The notes below the pieces were generated by a model. That model worked only from the letters and a program-made list of their open reading frames with translations. It was not told the origin of the DNA and did no database searches. DNA of 63,230 nt, filler included, from Octopus bimaculoides (Eukaryota): NCBI RefSeq assembly GCF_001194135.2. It is 4 parts of 3 records of this genome, joined end to end, with 100 filler letters (N's around TTAATTAATTAA, not from the genome) between each part and the next. Parts side by side here need not be neighbours in the genome. Positions count along the whole stretch, not along the records: positions 1 to 28,845 come from NC_069004.1; 3 more parts are not named here. One strand, given 5' to 3'. The position numbers and the translations under genes were made by a program. Below, piece after piece: positions 1-12,948 of this stretch. Position 1 is the first letter of the stretch, and each line of letters opens with the position of its first letter.

Positions 1-182
1 GGTGAGAGGGATAACTCCCTTGGCAAACAGGACACAGTCGTGTGTCGATAAGCCAGCTGGAGGAGATGTCCTCCTGGGGCTAAAAGCAACAGTAACATCC
101 ACCCCTAGGGGTCAGCCACACTTAAGTGGCAATATACTACACTTTATCGTGCAGTTACTGTTAATACTTCATTTAGAGAATT

Positions 183-217
<35 letters not shown>

Positions 218-408
218 GCAGGAGTCGCTGTGTGGTAAGTAGCTTGCTTACCAACCTCATGGTTCTGGGTTCAGTCCTACTGCGTGGCACCTTGGGCAAG
301 CGTCTTCTACTATAGCCTCGGGCCGTCTAAAACCTTGTGAGCGGATGTGGTAGGCAGAAACTGAAAGAAACCCGTCGTATATGTATCTGCGTATATGTAT
401 ATGTATAT
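218..408 (+). mobile_element. tRNA-derived SINE family A, head and central part
   Basis: GCAGGAGTCGCTGTGTGGTAAGTAGCTTGC with A-box/B-box-like motifs (GGGTTCAGTCC) and ACCTTGGGCAAG; near-identical copies at 4344, 13540 (-) and 49784. Confidence 0.8.
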
Positions 409-659
409 GCTGACACTTTTGCCTGAGTACATCCTTACATCGTTCCGGGGTCGATTACTTATCGACCCCCGGAACAATGTAAGGAAAAGTTGAACACTAC
501 AAGATTTGAATTGAGAATGCAGTGAGTTCGAAAATACCTCGCTAATTTGCCAAAATGCATGTCATGAGGCATATAAAATGAACAAATGCATGACATTGGT
601 CTGCTATTAATAATATCAATAATATATTACCATATTTAAGATATTTAATACTGATTTCA

Positions 660-1045
660 GTGATCTAATATAGATTTCTTGTTTTGTTGCAGGGTCAAAT
701 GTTTCTGGAAATTGACAGTTGGTAAATTCTTTTCTGAACAAAGAATTTTAAGAGATATTTTCGAAGAAATTTATTTCTCAACTTCACCAAGTCTGTCCGC
801 CGATTTTTTCATTGAACTAATATTTCTTAAAGCTGGATCTATAGATTTCACGGTATTTTAAATATAAGGAATGGAGTAAATGGAGTAAATGGAATGACTC
901 AACCAGGAATAGGAGCTACATTGAAAGCGCCAGCATAAAGTTATACTGTGATGATGTGAAATATAATTAAACATATATAATTAAACCAAGTGAAATTCGA
1001 CATACATCTTTTCGTAACCGGTCGGTTACCACATACTTTACACGG
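660..1045 (+). promoter_or_regulatory. SLC17 upstream module copy a (orphan; putative 5'UTR exon region)
   Basis: TTTCTTGTTTTGTTGCAG acceptor-like site (AG 691-692), then TATTTCTCAACTTCACCAA, TTGAACTAATATTTC and GGAATGACTCAACC, all shared with the modules upstream of the four SLC17 CDSs. Confidence 0.55.
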
Positions 1046-1207
1046 TTACTTTCATATCTGTGATGCCTCATATTTATTGAAGAGAAACTTAGAAAGAATT
1101 CGAAGGCGGTGTTCCAGCATGGCTGCAATCAAATGAGTCAAACAAGTAAAAAAGCAAAGAAAAAAAAAAGAATATATATATGCGTTTACATGTAGAGATA
1201 TTGTTAC

Positions 1208-1255
<48 letters not shown>

Positions 1256-1861
1256 ATATGGAAGTATATATATGAGGAGATTACTTTCAAAATCGGTATA
1301 AGTGCATATTTGGTCGATATAAGGATAACCATTAAAACACAATCTGGAAGCTGTTGGCTTCACCCATGCGAAACGTTTTTCAGTCAAACTGGGATAGATG
1401 CCCCATAGACAGGAGGCGAATCTTAGTCTTCCAATCAGATATATTCAAGTTATTTTTTTTAAACAGTTACTCAAATGTCATTCCGACGCATGTATCTGGT
1501 TCTGAAAATAAGCTTTTCATATAAGACAATGGACACAGAATAAGAGCAGTAATAAGTTTGAAGTGAGGAACGAATATACAGTGCGTGTGTTTATATGGCA
1601 CACCCCGCCAATAAAAATGACCGTCCTAAAATATAACAATGGCTATTTCAACACACGATTTCACATGTAAAATGATATATGTATTTATGTGTTTGTTTGT
1701 ATGTATATGTATATGAGTGTGTGAGCGTGTATACTTCACGTGTGTATATATTGGATAGACACACACACACACACACATATATTATATAAAGAGATAAATA
1801 TAAATATATACACGCACTGTTTGAGGGCACAATATATGCTATATTGATTGCAAATTTTGGC

Positions 1862-2075
1862 ACACGGCCAGCAATTTCGGGGGTGATGTAAATATGTTAC
1901 ATCAACCCCAGTGCTCGACTGGTACTTGTTTTATCGATCTTGACAGGATGGAAGGTAAAGTCGACCTCGGCAGTATTTGAACTCAGAACGTAAAGACGGA
2001 CGAAACGCAGCTGACCATTTTCCTCGGCGCGGTAACGATTGCTCCAGGTCACTGCTTTGACGCAATATGTAAAAT
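1862..2075 (-). mobile_element. tRNA-derived SINE family B
   Basis: Reverse complement matches the copy at 23583 (GGTAAAGTCGACCTCGGC...TTTGAACTCAGAACGTAAAGACGGACGAA). Confidence 0.75.
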
Positions 2076-2699
2076 ATTGAGAAAAGTAGACATTTTTTAA
2101 CACAACGACACATCATACACATTTGCCTATGTGTACACACAAATATACATTCACGCATGCATACACATATAGGTTACAACCATAAGTTTATTGTTGACGA
2201 TGACGTAAATGAAAGTAGACACACATGAATACACACATACACTTACAGGCAAATACACACCATTCTTTACTTATGAGTCATACATATAAACCCCAAAACA
2301 CCAGACAAAAATACTGAACCAAAAGAGAACCAGCTCACCAAACAAGCCGTTCTTGGCTCCACAACAACTATAAGAAATCAGAACACTCCTGAAGTACTTT
2401 TTGATCATGTAACTGCCATCAACCAACCACATTGCTTTTTAACAAGAAGTCAATTAGTAGTGGTCTTGTGGCCAAGAGAGGCTGCGCTTCGTGTCAATTC
2501 TACTGTCTTCTTCAAGTTCCCAGGCAACATACCCATGCATGGTCTTTTTTTTGTCTGCTGAGTGCTTTCCAGAGAGAGTTCCGACTGCCATATTTACCTA
2601 AATCTGGTGTAATATTTTCGGGTCACTCTATCTTTATTCACTGACTTCATATGATACATTTTGGTCTATACCAAGGTACATTAATGTATGTGTGTAAAT

Positions 2700-2906
2700 A
2701 AACAAGGACGTACGTGTGTGATCCGTGTATTTATGCGTGGACGTGTGTATATGTGTGGGATTCTGTGAGGCTGTCTGACGTATGTGTGTGAAACAAACAG
2801 ATGTGTGTGTGTGTGGGGGGGCTGTTGGATAAAGTATGCGTGTATGAAGTCGTTATGCATGTGTATATTCAGTGTTTGAACGTATGCGTATGTGTGTAAG
2901 GGCGCT

Positions 2907-2954
<48 letters not shown>

Positions 2955-3400
2955 GCTATCTGATATATGTGTGTATTGTGTGTGTGTATGTGGTGGTGGA
3001 GGGGTCATGTATTTGGATCAACCTGTACGAAGGTACAAGTTGGAATGGGCGTGACAGGAGGTAGGGGTTGGGAGGTGTGCGTGGTGATTACACATATGCG
3101 ATGTGTGTGATTATAGTCTAGGGTGTGGGGAATGAAATGAGAGTGTGGGTAGTGGTATGCACGGAGTGGGAAGGTGTGTGTGTGTGTGTGTGTGTGTGCA
3201 CGCGCGAGTACGTGTGTGACAGTGTCTGTACATGCTGCCAGGACATAGTGGTGTGTGTGTGTGTGTGTGTGGTGTGGATGCTGAATAAAACGGTGTAGAG
3301 GAGCACGGGGGTGAGGCAGTGGAGAGGTGGAAGGTGGGAGGTGTGTGGCATGTGTAAACGTGTGTGGAGGTGGTGTTTAGGTAATAAGAGGTGATGAATT
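2700..3400. repeat. compound (GT)n/(GTAT)n microsatellite-rich tract
   Basis: Repeated GT runs are directly visible. Confidence 0.85.
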
Positions 3401-4343
3401 GAGACAATGAAGGACTGAGGAATGAAGAGAGAAAATCAATTCCTGTTTAGGATTGTGTTGTTGTTTATTTTATGTTGAGGATTATGCTTGTGTCATTGGC
3501 AAAGAGCATTAAGAAATATATGGAATCCACCCTATTTTAGACTCAACAATGCTTTTAGGCTTTTATTATTTGAACAAAGTACTTACTTTTCATCAACATT
3601 TATATTATATGACAGGATATTGACTTCGTAATTTGAGAAATTTTACTGATAATGAAATTTAAGCCGTGCTTGTGAAAATAACCTTAGCCAGAAGGAGATG
3701 CATAAATACTAGAAATTACATGAGTATGAATACATAGAAATTTAAAGAAGGCGGGGAAAAATATCACAGTTTTTCGACACACGGATTTTCAAGTTATATA
3801 ACATTTTAGAAAAAAAAAATAACAAAAAAAAAATTTACTGATTTGAACGAAATCCAAATACTAACAAACAGTTGAGCATCCGTATCTCATATTATAAAGC
3901 AGTAGATATAAGCTTGTCCATGGGGGAATTACGTATTAAATGGATATCGTCACGGAATTTATCCGTTCGTATCAATTGTACAAATGTGGACGTATTTATT
4001 TTATTCAATGCAGTTACAGAATACAAACGCCCAACTGGAACAATATTGCACTGTCACAGAGTAAGTTTGTTTTATTCTTGAATATCGTAACTCAAATTCA
4101 GTATTATATACACTATATATATATATATATATATATATAGTTGCGCATCCTATACATCAATACATATACACTCTCATGCACACTGACTATACAGCAATAC
4201 ATAATTTTCGATGTTAAATTTTACACACACACACACACACACATACTCATACACACACTCATACACACACTCATGCATACATGCTTACATATATACATAC
4301 ATACACATATATATGTATAAATGTATATATATACACATATTAC

Positions 4344-4686
4344 GCAGGAGTGGCTTTGTGATAAGTAGCTTTCTTACCAACCACATGGTCCCGGGTTCAG
4401 TCCCACTCCGTGGCACCTTGGGCGAGTGTCTTCTTACTATAGCCTTGGGCCGACCAAAGCCTTGTGAGTGGATTTGGTAGACGGAAACTGGAAGAAGCCC
4501 GTCGTATATGTATATGTATGTATATGTCTGTGTATGTATATGTTTGTGTGTGTGTTTGTCCCCCCCCCAACATCGCTTGACAACCAATGCTGGTGTGTTT
4601 ACGTCCCCATAACTTAGCGATTCGGCAAAAGAGACAGATAGAATAAGTACTAGGCTTACAAAGAATAAGCTCTGGGGTCGATTTGC
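4344..4686 (+). mobile_element. SINE family A (head, internal TA/TG repeat, tail running into a gap)
   Basis: GCAGGAGTGGCTTTGTG...ACCTTGGGCGAGTG...CAACATCGCTTGACAACC...GGGGTCGATTTGC. Confidence 0.85.
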
Positions 4687-5584
4687 NNNNNNNNNNNNNN
4701 NNNNNNNNNNNNNNNNNNNNNNNNNNNNNNNNNNNNNNNNNNNNNNNNNNNNNNNNNNNNNNNNNNNNNNNNNNNNNNNNNNNNNNNNNNNNNNNNNNNN
4801 NNNNNNNNNNNNNNNNNNNNNNNNNNNNNNNNNNNNNNNNNNNNNNNNNNNNNNNNNNNNNNNNNNNNNNNNNNNNNNNNNNNNNNNNNNNNNNNNNNNN
4901 NNNNNNNNNNNNNNNNNNNNNNNNNNNNNNNNNNNNNNNNNNNNNNNNNNNNNNNNNNNNNNNNNNNNNNNNNNNNNNNNNNNNNNNNNNNNNNNNNNNN
5001 NNNNNNNNNNNNNNNNNNNNNNNNNNNNNNNNNNNNNNNNNNNNNNNNNNNNNNNNNNNNNNNNNNNNNNNNNNNNNNNNNNNNNNNNNNNNNNNNNNNN
5101 NNNNNNNNNNNNNNNNNNNNNNNNNNNNNNNNNNNNNNNNNNNNNNNNNNNNNNNNNNNNNNNNNNNNNNNNNNNNNNNNNNNNNNNNNNNNNNNNNNNN
5201 NNNNNNNNNNNNNNNNNNNNNNNNNNNNNNNNNNNNNNNNNNNNNNNNNNNNNNNNNNNNNNNNNNNNNNNNNNNNNNNNNNNNNNNNNNNNNNNNNNNN
5301 NNNNNNNNNNNNNNNNNNNNNNNNNNNNNNNNNNNNNNNNNNNNNNNNNNNNNNNNNNNNNNNCTAGTAATATCCGACAAGATGAGATTCATCATCGAAC
5401 TGGTAATATTTTCTTTATATAATTTTTAAAATCACTTTTATTAAATTACTTCTTAAATTGAAACGTCTCAGACTTACTTCTAAGGTATTACCATCTCCAT
5501 CATGTATTTATATATATATATATATATATAGTTATAAGAAGTGCTTAAGCACACACACGCATAGCACACACATATTTCCAATAA

Positions 5585-5920
5585 ACCAATATTAATTTCT
5601 TATATTGATACAGGGACATGAACTAAGAACATAAAGAGACATAAAGAAATACTCAAAGAACTTTATTTCTCAACCTCATCAATTCTGTTCACATTTGTCA
5701 CCGAACTAATATAATTCCCAGTGCTGAATTTCCTACTTCTGCGATTTTTCTTTTTTTTATACAAGGAGTAAATTATAAGGAATAACTCAACCTGGGATAG
5801 AAACTACCCTGGAAATGCCACCGTAGAAATATACTAGACTAATATAGAATATTGGTAAATACATCAGAATAACAGATAAAACTGAACACACATCTTTCAA
5901 TAACCAGTCAGTTACTACAT
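5585..5920 (+). promoter_or_regulatory. SLC17 upstream module copy b
   Basis: TTTCTTATATTGATACAG (AG 5612-5613), GAACTAAGAACATAAAGAGACATAAAG, TATTTCTCAACCTCATCAATTCTG; 600-940 bp upstream of ATG 6523. Confidence 0.6.
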
Positions 5921-6522
5921 TTTTTGCCTGATTTTCGCGATATGCAACGACTCTTATTCATTGTGGACAAAGAAAATCTGAAATTGTGTGGTAGCAATTT
6001 CTTTCCCGAACATTACTGGTAATAACACAATTCCCAAAATCCGTGTTGTTTGTAATTTACCGTTAAAACGCTTCGTTTTCACCTTATTTCTTGACTGTGT
6101 TCTTACTTTGGCAGGATTCTTTCTATTAGAAAGCAAAAGCGAGATTAAATATGTTACCAAACGATCATAGCTGATGCTTATCGACACAAACCTTTGTAGG
6201 ATTTGCGAAAGGGCGCATCTGTTTATCGATAACATAATATACCAAATTACTGAGAAGTAAATTTCTACTAACGATATCTTGATATTAACTCTTAGCGATC
6301 ACATTTGATCTAATCAAATATATACTTTACAGATCATACAAACACCATTTATTTTATGACATGAAGCTGGGAACAGGAAATAAACAGGTCGTAAATTTTT
6401 GACGACTGCCTTTTTGTGTTGATTCCATATTTAGAATCTACACCACACAACACTCAACGTACTTTCACACAAACATCAAACGAAATATTGTGAGAATCAA
6501 TGAAAATTTGATTAAAAAAAGG

Positions 6523-7362
6523 ATGTCTAAGTGTACCAGCTGGATTAAGCGCTGTTCTTCATGTCGATGGAGACTATGTTATGCCTGTGCTGGTGTTAGT
6601 CTTCTGATGCAAACATTAACAGTTGATCTGAGCATGGCTTTTGTTTGTATGTTGAAAACAACCAATCGTACAATTGAGGAAGTTAACTCTACAGCAAACA
6701 ACCAAGATTGTCCTGGTCTGGATAATTATTATTCAATAAACCCAAGTTTTGAAGGCGAATTCGAATGGGGTGACACGTTACAATCACACATGTTGGCTGG
6801 TTTCTTCTATGGATATATAGGAACTAACATTCTGGGTGGGATATTGGCAGACAAATATGGTGGGAAAAGAATTGTCGGAACGTCAGTACTTGCAGCATCA
6901 ATTTTGGCCATTCTTCACCCAAGTTTATCACGAGTTAGTGGCTACTTTACTCTTGTCCTAAGGATATTAACAGGTATGGCATCAGGATCAATATACCCGG
7001 CAATTCAGTCCTTATTTGGACGCTGGTGCCCTCCACAAGAAATTGGTTCGTTGGTTGCAATAACATTTGCTGCTCAATACCTAGGTAGTATTTTATGTCT
7101 CTCAATATCAGGTTATCTTTGTGTTTATGGATTTGATAATGGGTGGGGCCCTATATTTTACATATTTGGTGGATTATCGTTGGTGTTTAGTTTTGTGTGG
7201 TTTTATGTAGTTTACGATAATCCAGACACCCATCCCACTATCAGCGAAGAAGAATATTCTTACTTAAATAGAACTATAGTGAGTGGAAAAGTAGTTAAAA
7301 AAGTACCCTGGAAACGGCTGCTCTCTTCAAAATTCGGCAGCACACCTGAATTTCAAATATAA
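6523..7362 (+). pseudogene. SLC17A5-like: truncated intronless SLC17/sialin-like transporter (N-terminal half only)
   Basis: MFS motifs GGILADKYGGKR, FDNGWGPIFYIFG, YDNPDTHPTISEEE. Homology to the paralogs stops after VPWKRLLSS (~7329), then 10 unrelated codons and TAA. The C-terminal half is not seen (gap 7507-8072). ATG 6523 aligns with the paralog starts; the ORF-track GTG at 6490 does not. Confidence 0.8.
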
Positions 7363-7464
7363 CTAAAAGTATAGGAAAAAATTATATTCAGGTTACACTG
7401 CGGCACACCTAACATAGTCTCGTGGCACACAAGTGTGTCGTGGCATACCAGTTGCAGAGCACTC
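7330..7464. mobile_element. terminal fragment of a hAT-like DNA transposon/MITE
   Basis: GCGGCACACCTAA...CGTGGCACACAAGTGTGTCGTGGCATACCAGTTGCAGAGCACT resembles the subterminal GCGGCACAC repeats and ...GGTTGAGAAACACTG ends of hAT elements; only one end is present. Confidence 0.55.
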
Positions 7465-8177
7465 GTCTTTTTTACATTTTCATAGTTTTTCAATCTTAAA
7501 ACTATCNNNNNNNNNNNNNNNNNNNNNNNNNNNNNNNNNNNNNNNNNNNNNNNNNNNNNNNNNNNNNNNNNNNNNNNNNNNNNNNNNNNNNNNNNNNNNN
7601 NNNNNNNNNNNNNNNNNNNNNNNNNNNNNNNNNNNNNNNNNNNNNNNNNNNNNNNNNNNNNNNNNNNNNNNNNNNNNNNNNNNNNNNNNNNNNNNNNNNN
7701 NNNNNNNNNNNNNNNNNNNNNNNNNNNNNNNNNNNNNNNNNNNNNNNNNNNNNNNNNNNNNNNNNNNNNNNNNNNNNNNNNNNNNNNNNNNNNNNNNNNN
7801 NNNNNNNNNNNNNNNNNNNNNNNNNNNNNNNNNNNNNNNNNNNNNNNNNNNNNNNNNNNNNNNNNNNNNNNNNNNNNNNNNNNNNNNNNNNNNNNNNNNN
7901 NNNNNNNNNNNNNNNNNNNNNNNNNNNNNNNNNNNNNNNNNNNNNNNNNNNNNNNNNNNNNNNNNNNNNNNNNNNNNNNNNNNNNNNNNNNNNNNNNNNN
8001 NNNNNNNNNNNNNNNNNNNNNNNNNNNNNNNNNNNNNNNNNNNNNNNNNNNNNNNNNNNNNNNNNNNNNNNNATCAATGTTTATTTTGATAACATTTTTG
8101 TTTAACTTTCATTAATAAAACGATGAGACATTGTGCACTTTCGTGTTATATATACATACATTTATAAAACGATTTTG

Positions 8178-8226
<49 letters not shown>

Positions 8227-8274
8227 CACACACACACGTGTGCGTATGTGTTTATATGTATAAAAATGTAAAGA

Positions 8275-8547
8275 CCTCTTTCGATCACGAATGACCATGG
8301 GATTGCATCCAGGAAGTTCCACCCTGGAAGACCAGCGGTCGCCCATGCATACCATGTTGCCTAATAGAAAAGAAAAGCCGATACAGCTTGGCACCAATGA
8401 CGCTTCAACTAATTTTGTACAGGCAAGTGGATTGGAGCCACATGAAATAGTATTTTGCGCAAAAGCCCACAGCCTGGTCCAGGAATCGAAATCATAACCT
8501 CACGACTGGAAGCCCAACGCTTTAGACACTAAGCCAAGCGCCTTCAC
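8275..8547 (-). mobile_element. tRNA-derived SINE family C (degenerate)
   Basis: Aligns by eye with 50185-50541 (GGAAGACCAGC.GTCGCCCAT...GATACAGCT...GGAATCGAA...GCCTTCAC). Confidence 0.7.
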
Positions 8548-9852
8548 ATTGCATGTAATTATTTGTTTAAGAATTTCAATTCTTCCTAAAATATGCCTGA
8601 CTTTATCGCTTTGCTATATTTTCATTTCTTCGAAATCAATCTCCTTAATCTTAACATCTTAATCTTTCCCGCCTTCAGGAAAATGCAGGAAGGAATTGCA
8701 TCAAATTTTGTCATTGAAAGTTACAGACACCAGAAGAGGGCGGCATTGCATCGTGCCAAAAACCTCAACATTGTCATCAGGATGCAGGAGCAGATACTCC
8801 AATAACGCGAACTATTTCAAGAGCTCAGCACTTCAATATTCTTCCCCCAAAAGCTTGAGAGACGTACGTGGGGTGGATGTAGGTGACTTTAAAACAGAAC
8901 CGTGTCTTTTTCTGTCAAGAGATTTCGGATAAATCTACCTCGCGGCAGGAAACGCAGATGAGGGCAGCAACATCGAACTCCTTCATTCACCGAATGCCAC
9001 CTATCAGAGGAAATAAATTTTTCATGCTCTCATTTTTTTTGCATGAGAAATAGAATAACCAATAATTAAATTGTATATGTATAGAATATAGAATGTATCG
9101 ACTTTTCTTTTGCATAATGACAGATTTTGTGATTGACAGGTTTTCGTGTCGCAGAAATACTGTCCTTTCAAGTCGACGGATGGAGCAGTGGGCCGACCAG
9201 AGCCCGGAATAGATCATATAGAATTAAATGCATAAGATTAAAGAAAGAGAACGATCAGCGACAATTAGCGATAACATCACATACACAGACCCATATAATG
9301 ATATTCCAATGTAATAAAAGTGGGATAATGAAGATCATTGGTTGCAACGTTTACTCTTTATCACGTATATGAACAGGGTGTGAGAAGAATAAAAGTTTAG
9401 AATCAAATAAACACTAACGCCAATCTTAGCAATAATAAACATTAAGAGAGGGGAAAAAATAGCCTTGAAATATATGTAATTAATTTATATACACATTCAC
9501 AGCCATAGATAAGGATTCGGCGGAATATTCTGCGCTGTATATATATCAATGTAAAATACGTTGATGAAAACAAAGTTAAGGTTTTATGGAGATGTTAAAG
9601 ACGATTAACAATTGAATATTAGATATTTTATTATTACCTAAGCTGGAGAAGTGCATACGCTAAACGGATTCCAGCGATGATGAGGATTAGAGAATGATAC
9701 AAATTGTTCAGAATCTGTCGTAGTTCCGGCATTGCATATGAGGAGTCAGGAGCAATTTGAGAAAAATGACAAAGAAGGGGTAAGTCAAAAGAGGCATACA
9801 CGCGAATACGAATACACAGATATACAAAACATCTGGATACACAGATCGATTC

Positions 9853-9896
<44 letters not shown>

Positions 9897-10269
9897 AGAC
9901 CAAAAGTGTACGTACGCCGCTATATATAGCCCTGTTTATAATTATACCATATGTTATATATTTATTATATCTTGCTACTGTGTCGACTAAGGTCTCCGTT
10001 GATAGGCCGCTGGTATTTATAGAGTGTTAGGCACTTCCGGTATGCAAATTAGGGAAATGGCTAAAATTTGCTCTGTTTATAATTATACCATATGTTACAC
10101 ACACACACACATAAATATACATATATTTATACGTATGTATGTATGCATGCTTTGTATAATAATAATTATTATAATCTATTTATTATTTTAAAAATCCTCG
10201 TTAATTGATTTATGTCGATTCATGTTTATATATATCTTTCTCTGTATGTGTGCATAAATATGTGAAGCA

Positions 10270-10560
10270 ATCAGTTAATATTAATTTTTTTATATTGATC
10301 CAGGGCCTTCACAAGGGATCCATTCTTGCCTGAATTAAAAGCATCAAGAAGCGGAACGAATTACCCGAATCTTCGTTCTCAGCGTCACCAACTCTGTTCA
10401 ACGATATTTGTCATTGAACTAATATTTCCTACTGCGGGATCTCCGGTTTCTGAACGGGTGGATTACATGGCATCACTCAACGGGCAATAGAAACTACATC
10501 GTTAACACCAAACACACAAGTTTTGTGAACTAATATTAATTATACTTAAACGAATAAAAG
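10270..10560 (+). promoter_or_regulatory. SLC17 upstream module copy c
   Basis: TTTTTTTATATTGATCCAG (AG 10302-10303), TTCTCAGCGTCACCAACTCTGTTC, TTGAACTAATATTTCC. A second acceptor-like TTTCAG (AG 11255-11256) lies 45 nt before ATG 11302. Confidence 0.6.
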
Positions 10561-11301
10561 AAATTTGACCATATTGCAGACAGAGCTATTTTGGAATTTA
10601 CTACCGCTATCTATGACGTATGCACTGGTCTTTTACAATGAAATGTTATTATAAAACCCAAAGAACTAACTGGAATTGAATACACATTTTGTAATACTTA
10701 TTTGGATCTCACATATCCTTCAGCTGTTTCTTATGCACATGTAAAGACTCAGATTTACAGTAGATACAAAAGGATTTGGATGTGATGGTGTTTATTCCTG
10801 TCCCAAGCAGTCAAGTTATTACTTAATCCCTGAATCTGTATTCTCTGTAGCTGACTGTTACAGCTCTACACCTTTACTTATTTTATTGCATTCTCGCCTT
10901 AACTTGACATTTTCTATTCCCTAAATAAAAAAAGAAACTCAGTTAACAAAACCCATATCGTTACTTGAATTTATAGTAATTGCAAACTAAGATACATGTT
11001 TCTCGATAAAAAAAAGTGTACTAATTTACTGTGACCTATAATTCTAACTGTACTTTACAAAAGACATTTTGTTCATAATTTTGGACGAACACATTTTATT
11101 CTGTGCAAAGCACACTTGAGAAAACAAACATCTGTTATATAATTAATTAATTTCAGAGAAGACAATAACGCAACCTAATCAAAGGTATAGATTATTGAAA
11201 TACAACACTTGTTTGATAATGTATGTTAGATTTCTCATCGATTAACATAATTTCAGGTTCTAAACGTCAATCGAGTCTGCAAAACCTGAAGTTCAAGAAA
11301 A

Positions 11302-12762
11302 ATGTCGAGGTTTATCAGATGGTTTAAGCATTACACTTCATGTCGATGGAAATTATGTTACGCTTGTACTGTTTCTTTTCTTCTCATGCAAACATTAAGA
11401 GTTGATCTAAGTATGGCTTTTGTTTGTATGTTGAAACCACTCAATCGTACAACTGAGGAAGTTAACATTACTGCAAACAACCAAGAGTGTTCTGCTGCTT
11501 TAGACAATCATTCTATGAATCAAAACTATGAAGGAGAGTTCGAATGGAGCGATACTCTACAATCGAATATGTTGGCAGGGTACTTCTATGGATATATAGC
11601 AACTAATATTTTAGGTGGTGTATTGGCAGATAAATATGGTGGGAAAAGAGTTCTTGGAGGTTCACTTCTTTTAGCATCAATTTTGACCATCCTTCACCCA
11701 AGTTTATCTCGAATTAGTGGTTACTTTACACTTTTTCTAAGGATATTAACTGGTATGGCATCGTCAGCGGTGGCCCCATCAATTCAGTCCTTATTTGGAC
11801 GTTGGGGCCCTCCAAACGAAATTAGTTCTTTGATTGGGTTTTCATTTGCTGGTCAATTTATAGGTAGTATTGTAGGTCTATCAATATCTGGTTTTCTTTG
11901 TGTGTATGGATTTGATAATGGATGGGGTTCTATATTTTATATATTTGGTGGAATATCGTTGGTATTTAGCTGTGTATGGTTTTACATTGTTTATGATAAT
12001 CCAGACGTCCATCCCACTATCAGCGAAGAAGAACGTTCTTACTTAAATAGGACTATAGTAAGTGAAAACGTAGTCAAGAATTTGCCTTGGCGACGACTGA
12101 TTTTTTCACCTGCCGTATGGGCTATTAATTTTGGTATGTTTTCTTATGGCTGGACCGATATATCTTTCCAAGTATTGCTCCCTCTATATATGAAAAAAGC
12201 CTTAAACGTTAATACAACAGCGAACGGTTTATTGTCGTCTGTTCCTTCCATTGGACAAATCATTGCTCTACCGTTGTGTGGAAAATGTGCAGATTTTATA
12301 CGTTCGAAGAAATATCTGTCAACTCGTTCCGTACGAGTTTTATTCCAAACATTTTCTATGGTGGCTTCAGCATGTCTGCTGATTGCCATAGGATTCCTTA
12401 GATGTGACCAAACCATTCTAATAACACTACTTTTGTTTCTCAGTGGTATAACTATATCATTTACCAGTGGTGGTGCCCTCATCAATAACAATGACATTGC
12501 TCCAAGTTATGCTGGTATTGTATTTGGATTTGCTAACACGTTCACATCAATAGCCGGCTGCATTAGCACCGTATCTACTAACGCTCTTACACCAAACGGC
12601 ACACAAAAAGAATGGCAGATCACGTTCGCCTTGTACGCTGCTATTTGTGTATTTGGTGCAATATTTTTTGCAATATTGGCAAAAGGAGAGATCCAATATT
12701 GGACAGCTTCAGAAGTACCTGGCTCATCTGTGCATCCTAGCAATAGGAGTACAAAAGGATGA
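11302..12762 (+). CDS. SLC17A5-like: SLC17 family (sialin-like) MFS anion transporter, intronless, 486 aa
   Basis: Uninterrupted ORF with about 12 hydrophobic segments; TM1 LRVDLSMA, GGVLADKYGGKR, GWGSIFYIFG, LLPLYM, DIAPSYAG..FG.ANTF, W...F; NRT/NIT sequons in loop 1. Family call is firm; orthology to SLC17A5 is not established. Confidence 0.93.
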   Translation: MSRFIRWFKHYTSCRWKLCYACTVSFLLMQTLRVDLSMAFVCMLKPLNRTTEEVNITANNQECSAALDNHSMNQNYEGEFEWSDTLQSNMLAGYFYGYIATNILGGVLADKYGGKRVLGGSLLLASILTILHPSLSRISGYFTLFLRILTGMASSAVAPSIQSLFGRWGPPNEISSLIGFSFAGQFIGSIVGLSISGFLCVYGFDNGWGSIFYIFGGISLVFSCVWFYIVYDNPDVHPTISEEERSYLNRTIVSENVVKNLPWRRLIFSPAVWAINFGMFSYGWTDISFQVLLPLYMKKALNVNTTANGLLSSVPSIGQIIALPLCGKCADFIRSKKYLSTRSVRVLFQTFSMVASACLLIAIGFLRCDQTILITLLLFLSGITISFTSGGALINNNDIAPSYAGIVFGFANTFTSIAGCISTVSTNALTPNGTQKEWQITFALYAAICVFGAIFFAILAKGEIQYWTASEVPGSSVHPSNRSTKG

Positions 12763-12911
12763 GGTGAGTAAATTCCTTGATCGTTTTGTCTAGCTAAAAC
12801 ACCAAGATCATTCAGTAGTACATAACTGTATGCTTTATTTTTGCCTGCCTGCATTCCTGTCTGTGTCTGTGTCTGTGTCTGTGTCTCTCTGTCTCTGTCT
12901 CTGTCTCTGTC

Positions 12912-12948
<37 letters not shown>

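Noticed and set aside
7329-8100. An intron explaining the break in the first SLC17 copy
   Set aside because: There is no GT donor at the break, the paralogs have no intron there, and no C-terminal exon is visible after the gap.
12144-12497. Antisense ORFs similar to each other (12144..12497, 16385..16696, 22038..22343)
   Set aside because: They are shadows of the SLC17 coding strands; their similarity follows from the paralogy.
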